Source of the DNA: Candidatus Woesearchaeota archaeon
GTDB lineage: Archaea > Nanobdellota > Nanobdellia > SCGC-AAA011-G17 > PNOQ01
Reading direction: 5' to 3'
NCBI GenBank assembly: GCA_964497715.1
Contig: CAZCDH010000001.1
Span: 25,343 to 89,342, forward strand
Length of the DNA: 64,000 nt
Part shown: piece after piece, positions 18,125-26,648 of the stretch
Layout: every line of letters starts with the position of its first letter
How positions within the stretch are numbered: position 1 is the stretch's first letter
Program-made: the position numbers and the translations under genes
The notes under the pieces: model-generated
Told to the model about the DNA's origin: nothing
The model's input: the letters and a program-made list of their open reading frames with translations, nothing else
Databases searched by the model: none

Positions 18125-19224
18125 TTAATTACTTCTGTTTCAACTTTATCCAAATTAAAATAATTACTTGAATAATTGTATGCTCCAGCATTTATGAAAG
18201 TGATTTTATCTCCAACGTTTATTTCTTTGTCAAAATAAACTTTGTATCTGAAAATATCTAAAGAATCTGGAGTAAATCCTTTGATTGTGTAGCAAAATCC
18301 CTCTTCTTTCTCATTTTCAACTAATAATCTTATATGTGCAACGAAAGTGTCCATCGCAGAATTATATACAGAAGCATTTACAATGACATTATTATCATAA
18401 ACATTTGTAACTTCGCACTCTAATTTTATTGATGGAGCTGCAATAAATCTGCCTGGTTCGATTATTGTAGTGATTTCTTTCTCATTCAAGAATTTTTTCA
18501 GTTCTCTGATTTTATTAAAAATAATTTCTTTTACTTCTTTTCTGAAATTCTTATACTCTGCAGGTATTCCTCCACCTATATTCACAATATCTATCTTTGA
18601 AAAATCTTCTATTGAATCTTTTAACTCTTCTTTTAGATTCCATTCAGAGACATTTTGAGTTTTTCTGTGAAAATGGATACCTAGCTTCTCTATGTTATTG
18701 TTATTTTTTAATTCTTTTAGTAATTCATTGATTCTTGAGCTTGAAAATCCGAAAACAAAGTGTTTCCCTGTGTGAATTGTGTGCTCTCTTAGTTTCATCC
18801 TTAGGAGCAAATTAATTTTTCTGTTTTCTTTTAAGAGTAATCTGAGATCGTTTTCATTATCAACAACGAAATTATTTACTTCTTTAGGGACCTCTTTGTT
18901 CCCCTGTAAGAAAAACCAAACTTTTTCTTTATTTTCTAATAATTCTAAGTTCTGTTTCGAATGCACACTCATAAAGCATCGATTCTCTAAGATTTTGGCA
19001 ACTTCTATATTAGTTTTAACACTATAAGAAACCTCATCTGCTAGAGATTTCATTATCTCTAAGTGATCTAGTGCTATTTTTTTACTTAAAATAAATCTAG
19101 CTTCCATGATAATCTGGTCAAAAAGTTGACTTTTAAAGGTTTTTATTACGAAGTTCCCTAAAGGATATTCTTTCGATTGATTCAACATAAGATTTATATA
19201 TTTCAATTGCTCATTAAATGACAT
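18121..19224 (-). CDS. PLP-dependent decarboxylase of the Orn/DAP/Arg decarboxylase (alanine-racemase fold) family; candidate arginine decarboxylase.
   Basis: It has the motifs NIGGGIPAEY and IIEPGRFIAAPS (the EPGR motif), and a candidate PLP-lysine region FVIKTFKS near the N-terminus. The neighbouring agmatinase and deoxyhypusine synthase suggest polyamine synthesis. Confidence 0.5.
   Translation of the reverse strand: MSFNEQLKYINLMLNQSKEYPLGNFVIKTFKSQLFDQIIMEARFILSKKIALDHLEIMKSLADEVSYSVKTNIEVAKILENRCFMSVHSKQNLELLENKEKVWFFLQGNKEVPKEVNNFVVDNENDLRLLLKENRKINLLLRMKLREHTIHTGKHFVFGFSSSRINELLKELKNNNNIEKLGIHFHRKTQNVSEWNLKEELKDSIEDFSKIDIVNIGGGIPAEYKNFRKEVKEIIFNKIRELKKFLNEKEITTIIEPGRFIAAPSIKLECEVTNVYDNNVIVNASVYNSAMDTFVAHIRLLVENEKEEGFCYTIKGFTPDSLDIFRYKVYFDKEINVGDKITFINAGAYNYSSNYFNLDKVETEVIN
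19134..19178. repeat. 45-bp perfect direct repeat, copy 1. Copy 2 is at 20050..20094.
   Basis: The sequence taaaggtttttattacgaagttccctaaaggatattctttcgatt is identical at both sites. This copy lies in the 5' coding region of the decarboxylase gene. Confidence 0.9.
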
Positions 19225-19562
19225 TAACTATAGTTCAGGAGATAAATAAAATGGATCAATCTTTAGAAAAAATGTTAGGTAATGTAATTGTACTAAGAGA
19301 GATAAAGAGTAGAAGTTATCAAACTATAGAATCTTGTATGTCAGTAACAACTGATATATATTGTAGCGATAAACCATTGAAACCTAGTTTTACAAAAAAT
19401 ACTGCATATTATCCGTTAACAGAAAATGGTCAAGTTGGTATAACTCACCACCCTGAAGGATTAGGCAAATTAAAATATAATGAGGAAGGAACAGAGTATG
19501 GAGTTCCACTTATCGATATCTTGGATAAACCATTGGAAAAATGGAGAATTGATAAAAAGTAA
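19218..19562 (+). CDS. Hypothetical protein (114 aa).
   Basis: ORF between the two 45-bp repeat copies. No recognisable domain. Confidence 0.3.
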   Translation: MTLTIVQEINKMDQSLEKMLGNVIVLREIKSRSYQTIESCMSVTTDIYCSDKPLKPSFTKNTAYYPLTENGQVGITHHPEGLGKLKYNEEGTEYGVPLIDILDKPLEKWRIDKK

Positions 19563-19637
19563 GATTTATAAAGATTATAGAGCATAATTTCTTGCCTGAG
19601 CAAGGTGTACTAACATACATGGATGCTCTAACAGGTA

Positions 19638-19898
19638 ATGCTGAGCCCCGTCCTTGTTGAAGATTTGAACCTTGCAGAGGCACATTATTTTATTCTAATA
19701 CTTAGTAGTTTGGATAACAAATCGATGGAAAAAGTTAACATTTTAGGGACAGGAAACGAAGGTTCGAGAAATTATTTTACATTTGAGAAGAATTTAGAAG
19801 TCTTCTCCCCATTTCTTAATTTTCTAAAGAATGTTGATTTAGAGAAAAACAAATCTGCAAGTTTTTGTTCTTTTGATGAAAAAATTAGATTTAACTAA
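19638..19898 (+). CDS. Hypothetical protein (86 aa).
   Basis: ORF between the two repeat copies. Weak. Confidence 0.2.
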   Translation: MLSPVLVEDLNLAEAHYFILILSSLDNKSMEKVNILGTGNEGSRNYFTFEKNLEVFSPFLNFLKNVDLEKNKSASFCSFDEKIRFN

Positions 19899-20048
19899 TA
19901 CTACAGATATTTATGAACATATAGAAAATGAGAACTAGGATATTGGCCTCTTTTTTGGTGAAAAGGCATTGTAGTTGTGATAAGATGTGATTTGAAAAGA
20001 GAAAGATTAGTTAATCTGATAAAAGAGATTGCAAATTTTGAATAAAAA

Positions 20049-20606
20049 CTAAAGGTTTTTATTACGAAGTTCCCTAAAGGATATTCTTTCGATTAGATCT
20101 ATCGGAGTTACTTGTGGACTCCAAACTTCTGGAGCTTTGTAACTCCCATCGTAATCTTCTAAAGGTATTGAAGAACGTGTACACTCTTCCATGAATTTTT
20201 TTTCATAAGAACTAACTAAATCTTGCAGATCTTTATCTACTTCTTCTTCTCTAAAATAGACTTGATCATAATGCTTCATAAGGTTAATATTTAAGTCATC
20301 TTTGAATCTTCTTGGTGAAAAAAGATAGTGGTCCCTCACAAATGCTCCAGATTGCCAAGTAACTGGAAATTTTAAAACTGCTTCATAAGAAGTATATTGC
20401 CATAATCTATGAGTTATGTATGATTCCTTCCATCCATTGTATTTTTCTGTAGGAATTCCTACAATGTACTCATCAAACTTGATAGTATCTTTCAAATCAT
20501 CTAAATCGCCTTGATTAAAATTATCAGGACGAGTTTTAGGCAATAAGAACCCAGAGTTCTGTATACTTTCCCAGTTTTCTTCAGAAGTGAAGTGTATTAT
20601 CTCCAT
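20049..20606 (-). CDS. Hypothetical protein (185 aa).
   Basis: ORF with mixed-charge composition. Its C-terminal tail is encoded by repeat copy 2. No recognisable domain. Confidence 0.4.
   Translation of the reverse strand: MEIIHFTSEENWESIQNSGFLLPKTRPDNFNQGDLDDLKDTIKFDEYIVGIPTEKYNGWKESYITHRLWQYTSYEAVLKFPVTWQSGAFVRDHYLFSPRRFKDDLNINLMKHYDQVYFREEEVDKDLQDLVSSYEKKFMEECTRSSIPLEDYDGSYKAPEVWSPQVTPIDLIERISFRELRNKNL
20050..20094. repeat. 45-bp perfect direct repeat, copy 2.
   Basis: Identical to 19134-19178. Here it encodes the C-terminal 14 aa of the 185-aa ORF in a different reading frame. Confidence 0.9.
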
Positions 20607-20685
20607 ATTATTAAGTGCACTAACTAAAAACTTATAAATGAATATGTTGAATAATTTTTTACTAATTTAAAGAGGATTTTAAAAA

Positions 20686-20844
20686 TGACAGTAGAATTTG
20701 ACGAATTTAAAGGAAATAAAATAATAAAATTAATTGGTGAACAAGACACGGAATCTAAATGGCCTTTTAGCTTTGGAAAAATGAAGGCTAAGTTAATAGT
20801 AGAAAACTTCGAAGAAATCAAAAAGTTTGCTGAACAGGAAGAAT
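20686..20844 (+). CDS. Small hypothetical protein of 52 aa. It is not in the ORF track.
   Basis: The ORF MTVEFDEFKGNKIIKLIGEQDTESKWPFSFGKMKAKLIVENFEEIKKFAEQEE has an AGAGGA RBS 8 nt upstream. The tracked antisense 65-aa ORF at 20624..20821 is hydrophobic and low-complexity and is probably spurious. Confidence 0.4.
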
Positions 20845-20847
20845 AAT

Positions 20848-21789
20848 TTATTCTTTCAACATTTTTTCTTTATTTAACTCTTCTAAAACTGAGATCATAA
20901 CTAATGGAAATGTGATAGATACGTCTCCGATTACAGTGACTGCATCAGAATCATCTTTAATTTTTCCCCAAGATTTAGCTTCATTAGTAGTTGCTCCAGA
21001 CATAGATCCTGAAGTATGCCTGGCAGTTGTCATGTATACTGCATAATCTAATCCTCCATTCAGTAGGCAAGCCATTATTGCGTGATGTTTTGAAATACTT
21101 CCTCCTAATGAAATCAGGCCTTTCTTCTCATCTTGAGAAGTACTTAATAATATATTCTGGAAATCTTTTACAATATCAACTATAAAATCTTCATTATCTT
21201 GTTGAAACATGAATAAGTGAAAACCAAATGCTCCATCAGTTACGGCTGGACAAAATATTGGAACATTCTGTTTTGTTGCTTGGAATAGTATTGAATCTTC
21301 ATCTTTTAGATCTTTTCCAATTTCTGAAAACATTTCTGAAGGAGTCCATCTATTTTTGATAGAATATAAATTTTTCAAATAGGGTTTCATTAAATCTTCA
21401 AATCTTGCATAAGATTCTGTTCTGATAAATAAATTTCCAACACGATTAACACCTTTTTCACATAGTTCTACATCATCTGAAGAGAAATCTCCAATTACGA
21501 ATTCTTCATTGTGTGCCTTCATTATGTCTTCTTCTATTCCACCAACAGTTGTAACCACTACATCTACTAAACCTAATTTTATTATCTGAGCAAAAAACCC
21601 TCTTAATCCTGAAGTTACCATATTTGATGTGTATGTTAAATAAATTTTAGCACCATCTTTCTTCATCTTGATTATATTCTCTTTGGCTTTTTTTAGTTCA
21701 ATGCCTTGAAACCCAACTTTTCCTAGAGAATCGACTAATTCATTCACATTGATTCCTTCTTTCCACTTCAAATCTTTGACAAACTCCAT
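20848..21789 (-). CDS. dys: Deoxyhypusine synthase.
   Basis: It has the DHS motifs YLTYTSNMVTSGLRG and VDVVVTTVGGIEEDIMKA, and the NAD/spermidine-binding architecture. Confidence 0.75.
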   Translation of the reverse strand: MEFVKDLKWKEGINVNELVDSLGKVGFQGIELKKAKENIIKMKKDGAKIYLTYTSNMVTSGLRGFFAQIIKLGLVDVVVTTVGGIEEDIMKAHNEEFVIGDFSSDDVELCEKGVNRVGNLFIRTESYARFEDLMKPYLKNLYSIKNRWTPSEMFSEIGKDLKDEDSILFQATKQNVPIFCPAVTDGAFGFHLFMFQQDNEDFIVDIVKDFQNILLSTSQDEKKGLISLGGSISKHHAIMACLLNGGLDYAVYMTTARHTSGSMSGATTNEAKSWGKIKDDSDAVTVIGDVSITFPLVMISVLEELNKEKMLKE

Positions 21790-21874
21790 ATTATTTTTGC
21801 TAAAATGGGTATTTATAAAGCTTTTTTTATTGAAATTGGTAAAGTTTATAAAATTCTGAGTTTAGTTCTAAGAT

Positions 21875-23272
21875 ATGGATTACAAAAAGCTAGGTTTTAA
21901 GTGTGGGATTGAAGCACACCAGCAATTGGAAGGAAATAAACTATTCTGTAATTGTCCTTCAATAGTCCATGATAAAGATCCTGACATTTTCTTTGAGCGT
22001 AAATTGATGGCCGTAACTGGAGAGATGGGAAAGATAGATCTTGCAGCCAAAGCAGAGGTGAAGAAAAATAAGATCAATAAATATGAAGCTTGTTCTAGTT
22101 CTTCTTGCCTTTTAGAGATGGATGAAGAGCCACCTCACCAAGTTAATCATAATGCATTAGACACTGCATTAGAAGTTGCTATGTTAATGAATATGAAAAT
22201 AGTTGATGAAGTTGAATTCATGAGAAAAATTGTAGTAGATGGTTCTAATGTTTCTGGATTTCAGAGAACAGCTATAATCGGTATGGATGGATATATTGAT
22301 ACATCCAAAGGAAAAGTTAAAATTGAGAGTTTATTTTTAGAAGAAGAGGCTGCACAAAAGATAAAAGAAGATAGAGATAGTGTTAGCTGGAGATTGGATA
22401 GATTAGGAGTACCTTTATTAGAGGTCCAGACTGATGCAGGCATAAAAGGTGCAGAGCATGCTAAAGAAGTTGCTTCAAAAATTGGTATGATCCTTAGAAG
22501 CACTGGCAAAGTGAAGAGAGGAATTGGAACAATAAGACAAGATGTGAATGTTTCAATTAAAGGACATCCAAGAATTGAAATAAAGGGATTTCAAGAATTG
22601 AAAATACTATCTAAAGTTGTTGAAACTGAAATTAAAAGACAGCAAAAGAATATGAGCGAAGAAGCACATGTCCGTAGATTTAATTCGGATGGCACTACAG
22701 AGTTTATGAGGCCAATGCCCGGAGGGGCAAGAATGTATCCAGAAACTGATGTTTCTCCTGTTAAAATTACCAAGTCTATGATTAAAGCTATTAAAATTCC
22801 AGAATTAATCTCAGATAGGATACTTAAATATGAGAAGGAAGGGATTAATCCAGATCTAGCAATAGGATTGGTTAAAAATAATATACAGCTAGCAGATTAC
22901 AACTATAGAATAGATAAGAATTTTCTTGCACATGTATTGATTGAACTACCTAAAGAGATTAAGAAAAGATTTGGTTTAGATTATAAATTCCAAGAAAAAG
23001 ATTTTAATTTTGTTCTCGTTGCCTATGAAAAGAAAAAAATAACAAAAGAAGCCATAATTGACATATTAATTTCTATTGCAAAAGGCGAAGATATAAACTT
23101 GAAAAAATATGCTGTTGTTGATGATTCAAAAATAGACAAAGAAATAAAAGAAATAGTTGAGAAAAATAAAGGACTTAGTGTTGGAGGAGTTATGGGGATA
23201 GTTATGAGTAAATATCGTGGTAAAGTTGATGGAAATAAGATTTCTAAACTAGTTAACAAATATATGAATTAA
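21875..23272 (+). CDS. gatE: Glu-tRNA(Gln) amidotransferase subunit E (GatB/GatE family); a short form.
   Basis: The N-terminus MDYKKLGFKCGIEAHQQLEGNKLFCNCPS and ERKLMAVTGEMGKIDLAAKAE match the GatE kinase-like domain. At 465 aa it is shorter than typical GatE (about 620 aa). Confidence 0.6.
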   Translation: MDYKKLGFKCGIEAHQQLEGNKLFCNCPSIVHDKDPDIFFERKLMAVTGEMGKIDLAAKAEVKKNKINKYEACSSSSCLLEMDEEPPHQVNHNALDTALEVAMLMNMKIVDEVEFMRKIVVDGSNVSGFQRTAIIGMDGYIDTSKGKVKIESLFLEEEAAQKIKEDRDSVSWRLDRLGVPLLEVQTDAGIKGAEHAKEVASKIGMILRSTGKVKRGIGTIRQDVNVSIKGHPRIEIKGFQELKILSKVVETEIKRQQKNMSEEAHVRRFNSDGTTEFMRPMPGGARMYPETDVSPVKITKSMIKAIKIPELISDRILKYEKEGINPDLAIGLVKNNIQLADYNYRIDKNFLAHVLIELPKEIKKRFGLDYKFQEKDFNFVLVAYEKKKITKEAIIDILISIAKGEDINLKKYAVVDDSKIDKEIKEIVEKNKGLSVGGVMGIVMSKYRGKVDGNKISKLVNKYMN

Positions 23273-23886
23273 TTGCCGTTCCATTCTGAAATAAATCTTT
23301 TAACGAATTCTTGAGTATAATCATACCTATCTCTAGCTATTTCTTTTGCTAACTCTGTGTGAAAAGTTTCTGGAGTTAGTTTGAAGATTTTCTCAAAAAA
23401 ATGGTTTATTGCAGTTTTTCCTTTGCTTGTATATACTTCATCAGGTTCAATCTCTGGATCATATAGAGGATTACCGATTAGAGTATTATGAGAAATGATT
23501 CTGGTGATTGCTATTGCACCTATTGCATCCAATCTATCTGCATCTTGTAAAACTTTTGCTTCTTTAGTTTCTGGCTTAAGTCCTCTACTGAATCTATGAA
23601 CATTTATGCAGTGTAACACATTATCTATTTTTTCTTCTGGAAAATTTATTTCTCTAAGAATTTCTGGAGCTAGTTTAACTCCTTCTTCTGCATGACATAA
23701 TCCAGTTTCCTCTTCTTTTTTTCTACAGATATCATGCAATAATGTAGATGCTTTAACTACTTCCATATCTGCACATTCTGTTTCAGCTATTTTTATTGCC
23801 AGATTATACACCCTTACAGTGTGATCAAAACCATGCCCCTTTCCATCTTCAAAATAGTGAAGAATTTTTTCTTTTAGATGATCCAT
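23269..23886 (-). CDS. HD-domain phosphohydrolase.
   Basis: It has the H...HD motif (GHGFDH...LLHDICR). Confidence 0.55.
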   Translation of the reverse strand: MDHLKEKILHYFEDGKGHGFDHTVRVYNLAIKIAETECADMEVVKASTLLHDICRKKEEETGLCHAEEGVKLAPEILREINFPEEKIDNVLHCINVHRFSRGLKPETKEAKVLQDADRLDAIGAIAITRIISHNTLIGNPLYDPEIEPDEVYTSKGKTAINHFFEKIFKLTPETFHTELAKEIARDRYDYTQEFVKRFISEWNGN

Positions 23887-23887
23887 T

Positions 23888-25180
23888 CTAAACAGTTGGT
23901 CTGGTTATATTTATATGTTTTACTAAAACATCTGAAGAAATAAAAGGTGAAGAAGAATCCCAGCTTGTTATTTGTTCTTTGTCTTTTCCAAACAATTGAA
24001 TATTCTTTAACATGTTTAAGATATTCTCACTAATCCTTATGTTCTTTATAGGGTGGGTTAACTCCCCATTTTCTATCATGAAAATTCCGTCTCTAGGTAT
24101 TGTTGAAAAATCTCCAGTAGCATAATTTTGAAATCGAGTGTACCAAGTGTTTGTTATGTAAATCCCTTTCTTTATGTCAAATGGATTTCCAATTTTTCCT
24201 TCCAGTATAGTGTTTGTTGAATCTGGGGCCACCAATCCTGCATTTGCTGTGGTTTTTACTTTGTGTTTTCTTGCAGTTGAAGTGTTGTGAAGATATGTTT
24301 TTAGAACTCCCTCTTTTATTGCCTCTGTTCTTTGAGTCGGAACACCTTCGCTGTCAAAACTTGATGAACCAATTCCATTCGGCAATCTTCCATCATCAGT
24401 CATACTAAAGTTTCCAAGCTTTTTATTTAATTTTCCTGTTAAGAATGACAATCCTGCCTCTACACTAAACATTGATGCTGCATCTCCAAGAGTTCCAAAA
24501 ATACTAGATGAAGCTAATGGCGATAATACTAAATCAAATTTTCCACCCTTTCCTTGTTTAGGACAACATGCAAGTTTTGCAAACTCTCCGGATAATCTAC
24601 TTGATTTTTCAACATTAAAATCTTTTAACATGGTTGAAGAGATAGTTTTATGATTTGAGGATTCTTTTGATAATAATGACCTTATTGAGAAATATAATGA
24701 AGAAGATTCTTCCTCGGCATCCACGTTAGTAGAAGTTACTATTCTCGATTTCCCTGTTGCACTCATAAATGTTCCAGAAGCACGTTTTGCATTCTCTAAT
24801 GCTGCATTAATCCCTGACTCAACTATATCAACTTCATCGATATTTTTTATCTTTTTGTCGAATAGACCTGGAACTTTCTTATATTTGAATGGCCCTTCTG
24901 CTATCCCGAAGTAATTTCCACTTTGTTTTGTAAATTTTAAAAAATTTGAAATATTCTTTACTAGTTCTTTTGCACTCTTCTTATCAGATTCTTTCAAATC
25001 TGTTGAAATGATTTTATTATCTTTTACTGCAAAAATTCCAGTTTGCGATGAATCTTCGGTAGCAGTTTTTACTATTTTATTATTTACGAATTTTAAATGA
25101 CTCATCTCTAAATCTCGTTTTATTAAAATGAAATCATCCACTTCTTTTTCTAATTCTTTTTTCAAATAATCTAGTATCAT
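23888..25180 (-). CDS. TldD/PmbA-family metallopeptidase (PmbA-like paralog).
   Basis: TldD/PmbA fold. The start was moved to MILDYLKK at 25180, which forms an ATGA overlap with the upstream tldD stop. Confidence 0.6.
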   Translation of the reverse strand: MILDYLKKELEKEVDDFILIKRDLEMSHLKFVNNKIVKTATEDSSQTGIFAVKDNKIISTDLKESDKKSAKELVKNISNFLKFTKQSGNYFGIAEGPFKYKKVPGLFDKKIKNIDEVDIVESGINAALENAKRASGTFMSATGKSRIVTSTNVDAEEESSSLYFSIRSLLSKESSNHKTISSTMLKDFNVEKSSRLSGEFAKLACCPKQGKGGKFDLVLSPLASSSIFGTLGDAASMFSVEAGLSFLTGKLNKKLGNFSMTDDGRLPNGIGSSSFDSEGVPTQRTEAIKEGVLKTYLHNTSTARKHKVKTTANAGLVAPDSTNTILEGKIGNPFDIKKGIYITNTWYTRFQNYATGDFSTIPRDGIFMIENGELTHPIKNIRISENILNMLKNIQLFGKDKEQITSWDSSSPFISSDVLVKHINITRPTV

Positions 25181-26574
25181 CTTAGTTTTATTCCTCTTAA
25201 TCTTATTGAAGGTCCTCCTGTTGTTACAGGTATTCCTTGCATCGGTTCCCCTTTCCCACATGTTGCTGCGAAAAATTTCAGATTATCTGCTACTCCATCT
25301 ATTGAAGACCAAAATGCAGGGGTAGTTATCTCAAGTATTGGAGCCCTAACAGGTTTAGTTAATTCTCCTTTCTCTATAAGATATGCTTCATTTCCTACAT
25401 ATTTTTGTTGATATCTCTTATCATCTATGTTCCATTCCATGAAGTTTTTTATGTAAACTCCTTTTTTGATATCTTTGATTAGTTCCTCTTCTTTCTGAGT
25501 CCCTTTCTCTACATAAGTATTTGACATTCTAACGATTGGTTCAACTGAAAAATGATTTGCTCTTGCCGATCCGTTACTTTTTACACCTAACTGGGATGCA
25601 GTATCTCGATTGTGTAGGAATTCATTTATTTTCCCACCTTTCATCAATATTTTTTTCCTTGCCTTTACACCTTCATCATCATATAAATAGAATCCATATT
25701 TCCCTTTTAGAGTTGGATCATCAATAACTGTTACATTCTTATACCCAATTTTATTGCCTAGCATATCTTTGGTAACAAATGATTCTCCAGCTTGTGCAGA
25801 CTCTCTTCCAAAAATTCTGTCTGCCTCATAAGGATGTCCACAAGATTCATGAGTTGCTATTCCTGTAACTTCTGGTGCACAAATAACATCCACCTTTCCT
25901 TTTGGCACTTTTATTCCTTTAATCATATTTGTTTTTAGAGTTGCTATTTCTTCACCTATATTTTTCTCCAATTCCCATTTTTTGATTGCTTCATAACCTG
26001 TAGAAGTACCATACTGGTGAGCCCTTTGGATGGATTTATTTGATTCCATCAAAGTTATTAAATAAAAGAAATTAATAGTAGGAATTTCTGAATATATCCT
26101 CGACCCTTCTGTGTTAATATAGTATTTCTTAACTAGTTTATCCGAGAGTGAATAGTATCCATGCTGAGGAGTTATTGATTTATTTAAGTCTGTTAAAATT
26201 TTTATTTTCTCTTCAGGACTCACATCTCTAACATCTTTTATTTGTTTGACTTTGTAAGATTTTTTTTGAATTTGCTCAGGAGAAAACTCTATTTTCTCAG
26301 ATAATTTTGAAGATTTTTTTGTTATCTTAATTGCCTTATCTAATTGTTTTTTTATGTGATCTTTTGATAACTGATTTGCTGCCATAAATCCCAATGAATT
26401 ATTTATTGAAAATCTGATTCCCAATCCTGTACTATTATCAAAAGACGAGGCATCTAGATTTCCATCTTTTAGCATGAAACTATTTGAATATCTAGATTCT
26501 AGTCTAGCTTCAGCATAATCTGCCCCTTTCTTTTGAAGATATTTAATTGAAAAATCTGCTATTTCTTTATTCAT
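25177..26574 (-). CDS. TldD/PmbA-family metallopeptidase (TldD-like).
   Basis: 465 aa with the conserved TldD region (GHPYEADRIFG...). It is paired with its paralog, as is usual. Confidence 0.65.
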   Translation of the reverse strand: MNKEIADFSIKYLQKKGADYAEARLESRYSNSFMLKDGNLDASSFDNSTGLGIRFSINNSLGFMAANQLSKDHIKKQLDKAIKITKKSSKLSEKIEFSPEQIQKKSYKVKQIKDVRDVSPEEKIKILTDLNKSITPQHGYYSLSDKLVKKYYINTEGSRIYSEIPTINFFYLITLMESNKSIQRAHQYGTSTGYEAIKKWELEKNIGEEIATLKTNMIKGIKVPKGKVDVICAPEVTGIATHESCGHPYEADRIFGRESAQAGESFVTKDMLGNKIGYKNVTVIDDPTLKGKYGFYLYDDEGVKARKKILMKGGKINEFLHNRDTASQLGVKSNGSARANHFSVEPIVRMSNTYVEKGTQKEEELIKDIKKGVYIKNFMEWNIDDKRYQQKYVGNEAYLIEKGELTKPVRAPILEITTPAFWSSIDGVADNLKFFAATCGKGEPMQGIPVTTGGPSIRLRGIKLR

Positions 26575-26648
26575 AAACTAGTTTAGTTTGAATAGAGTTT
26601 ATATAAATTATGGAAAAGTTTAAATAGAATTATTCAAGAGATATAAAT

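Noticed and set aside
19640-19700. Possible tRNA fragment or att site. A TTCAAAT-containing segment (gatttgaacc, reverse complement GGTTCAAATC) resembles the T-loop shared by the window's tRNAs.
   Set aside because: Flanking sequence does not form a T-stem or acceptor stem on either strand (CAAGG/CTTCA are not complementary), and no D-arm or anticodon arm is present. It is treated as chance similarity inside ORF 19638-19898.
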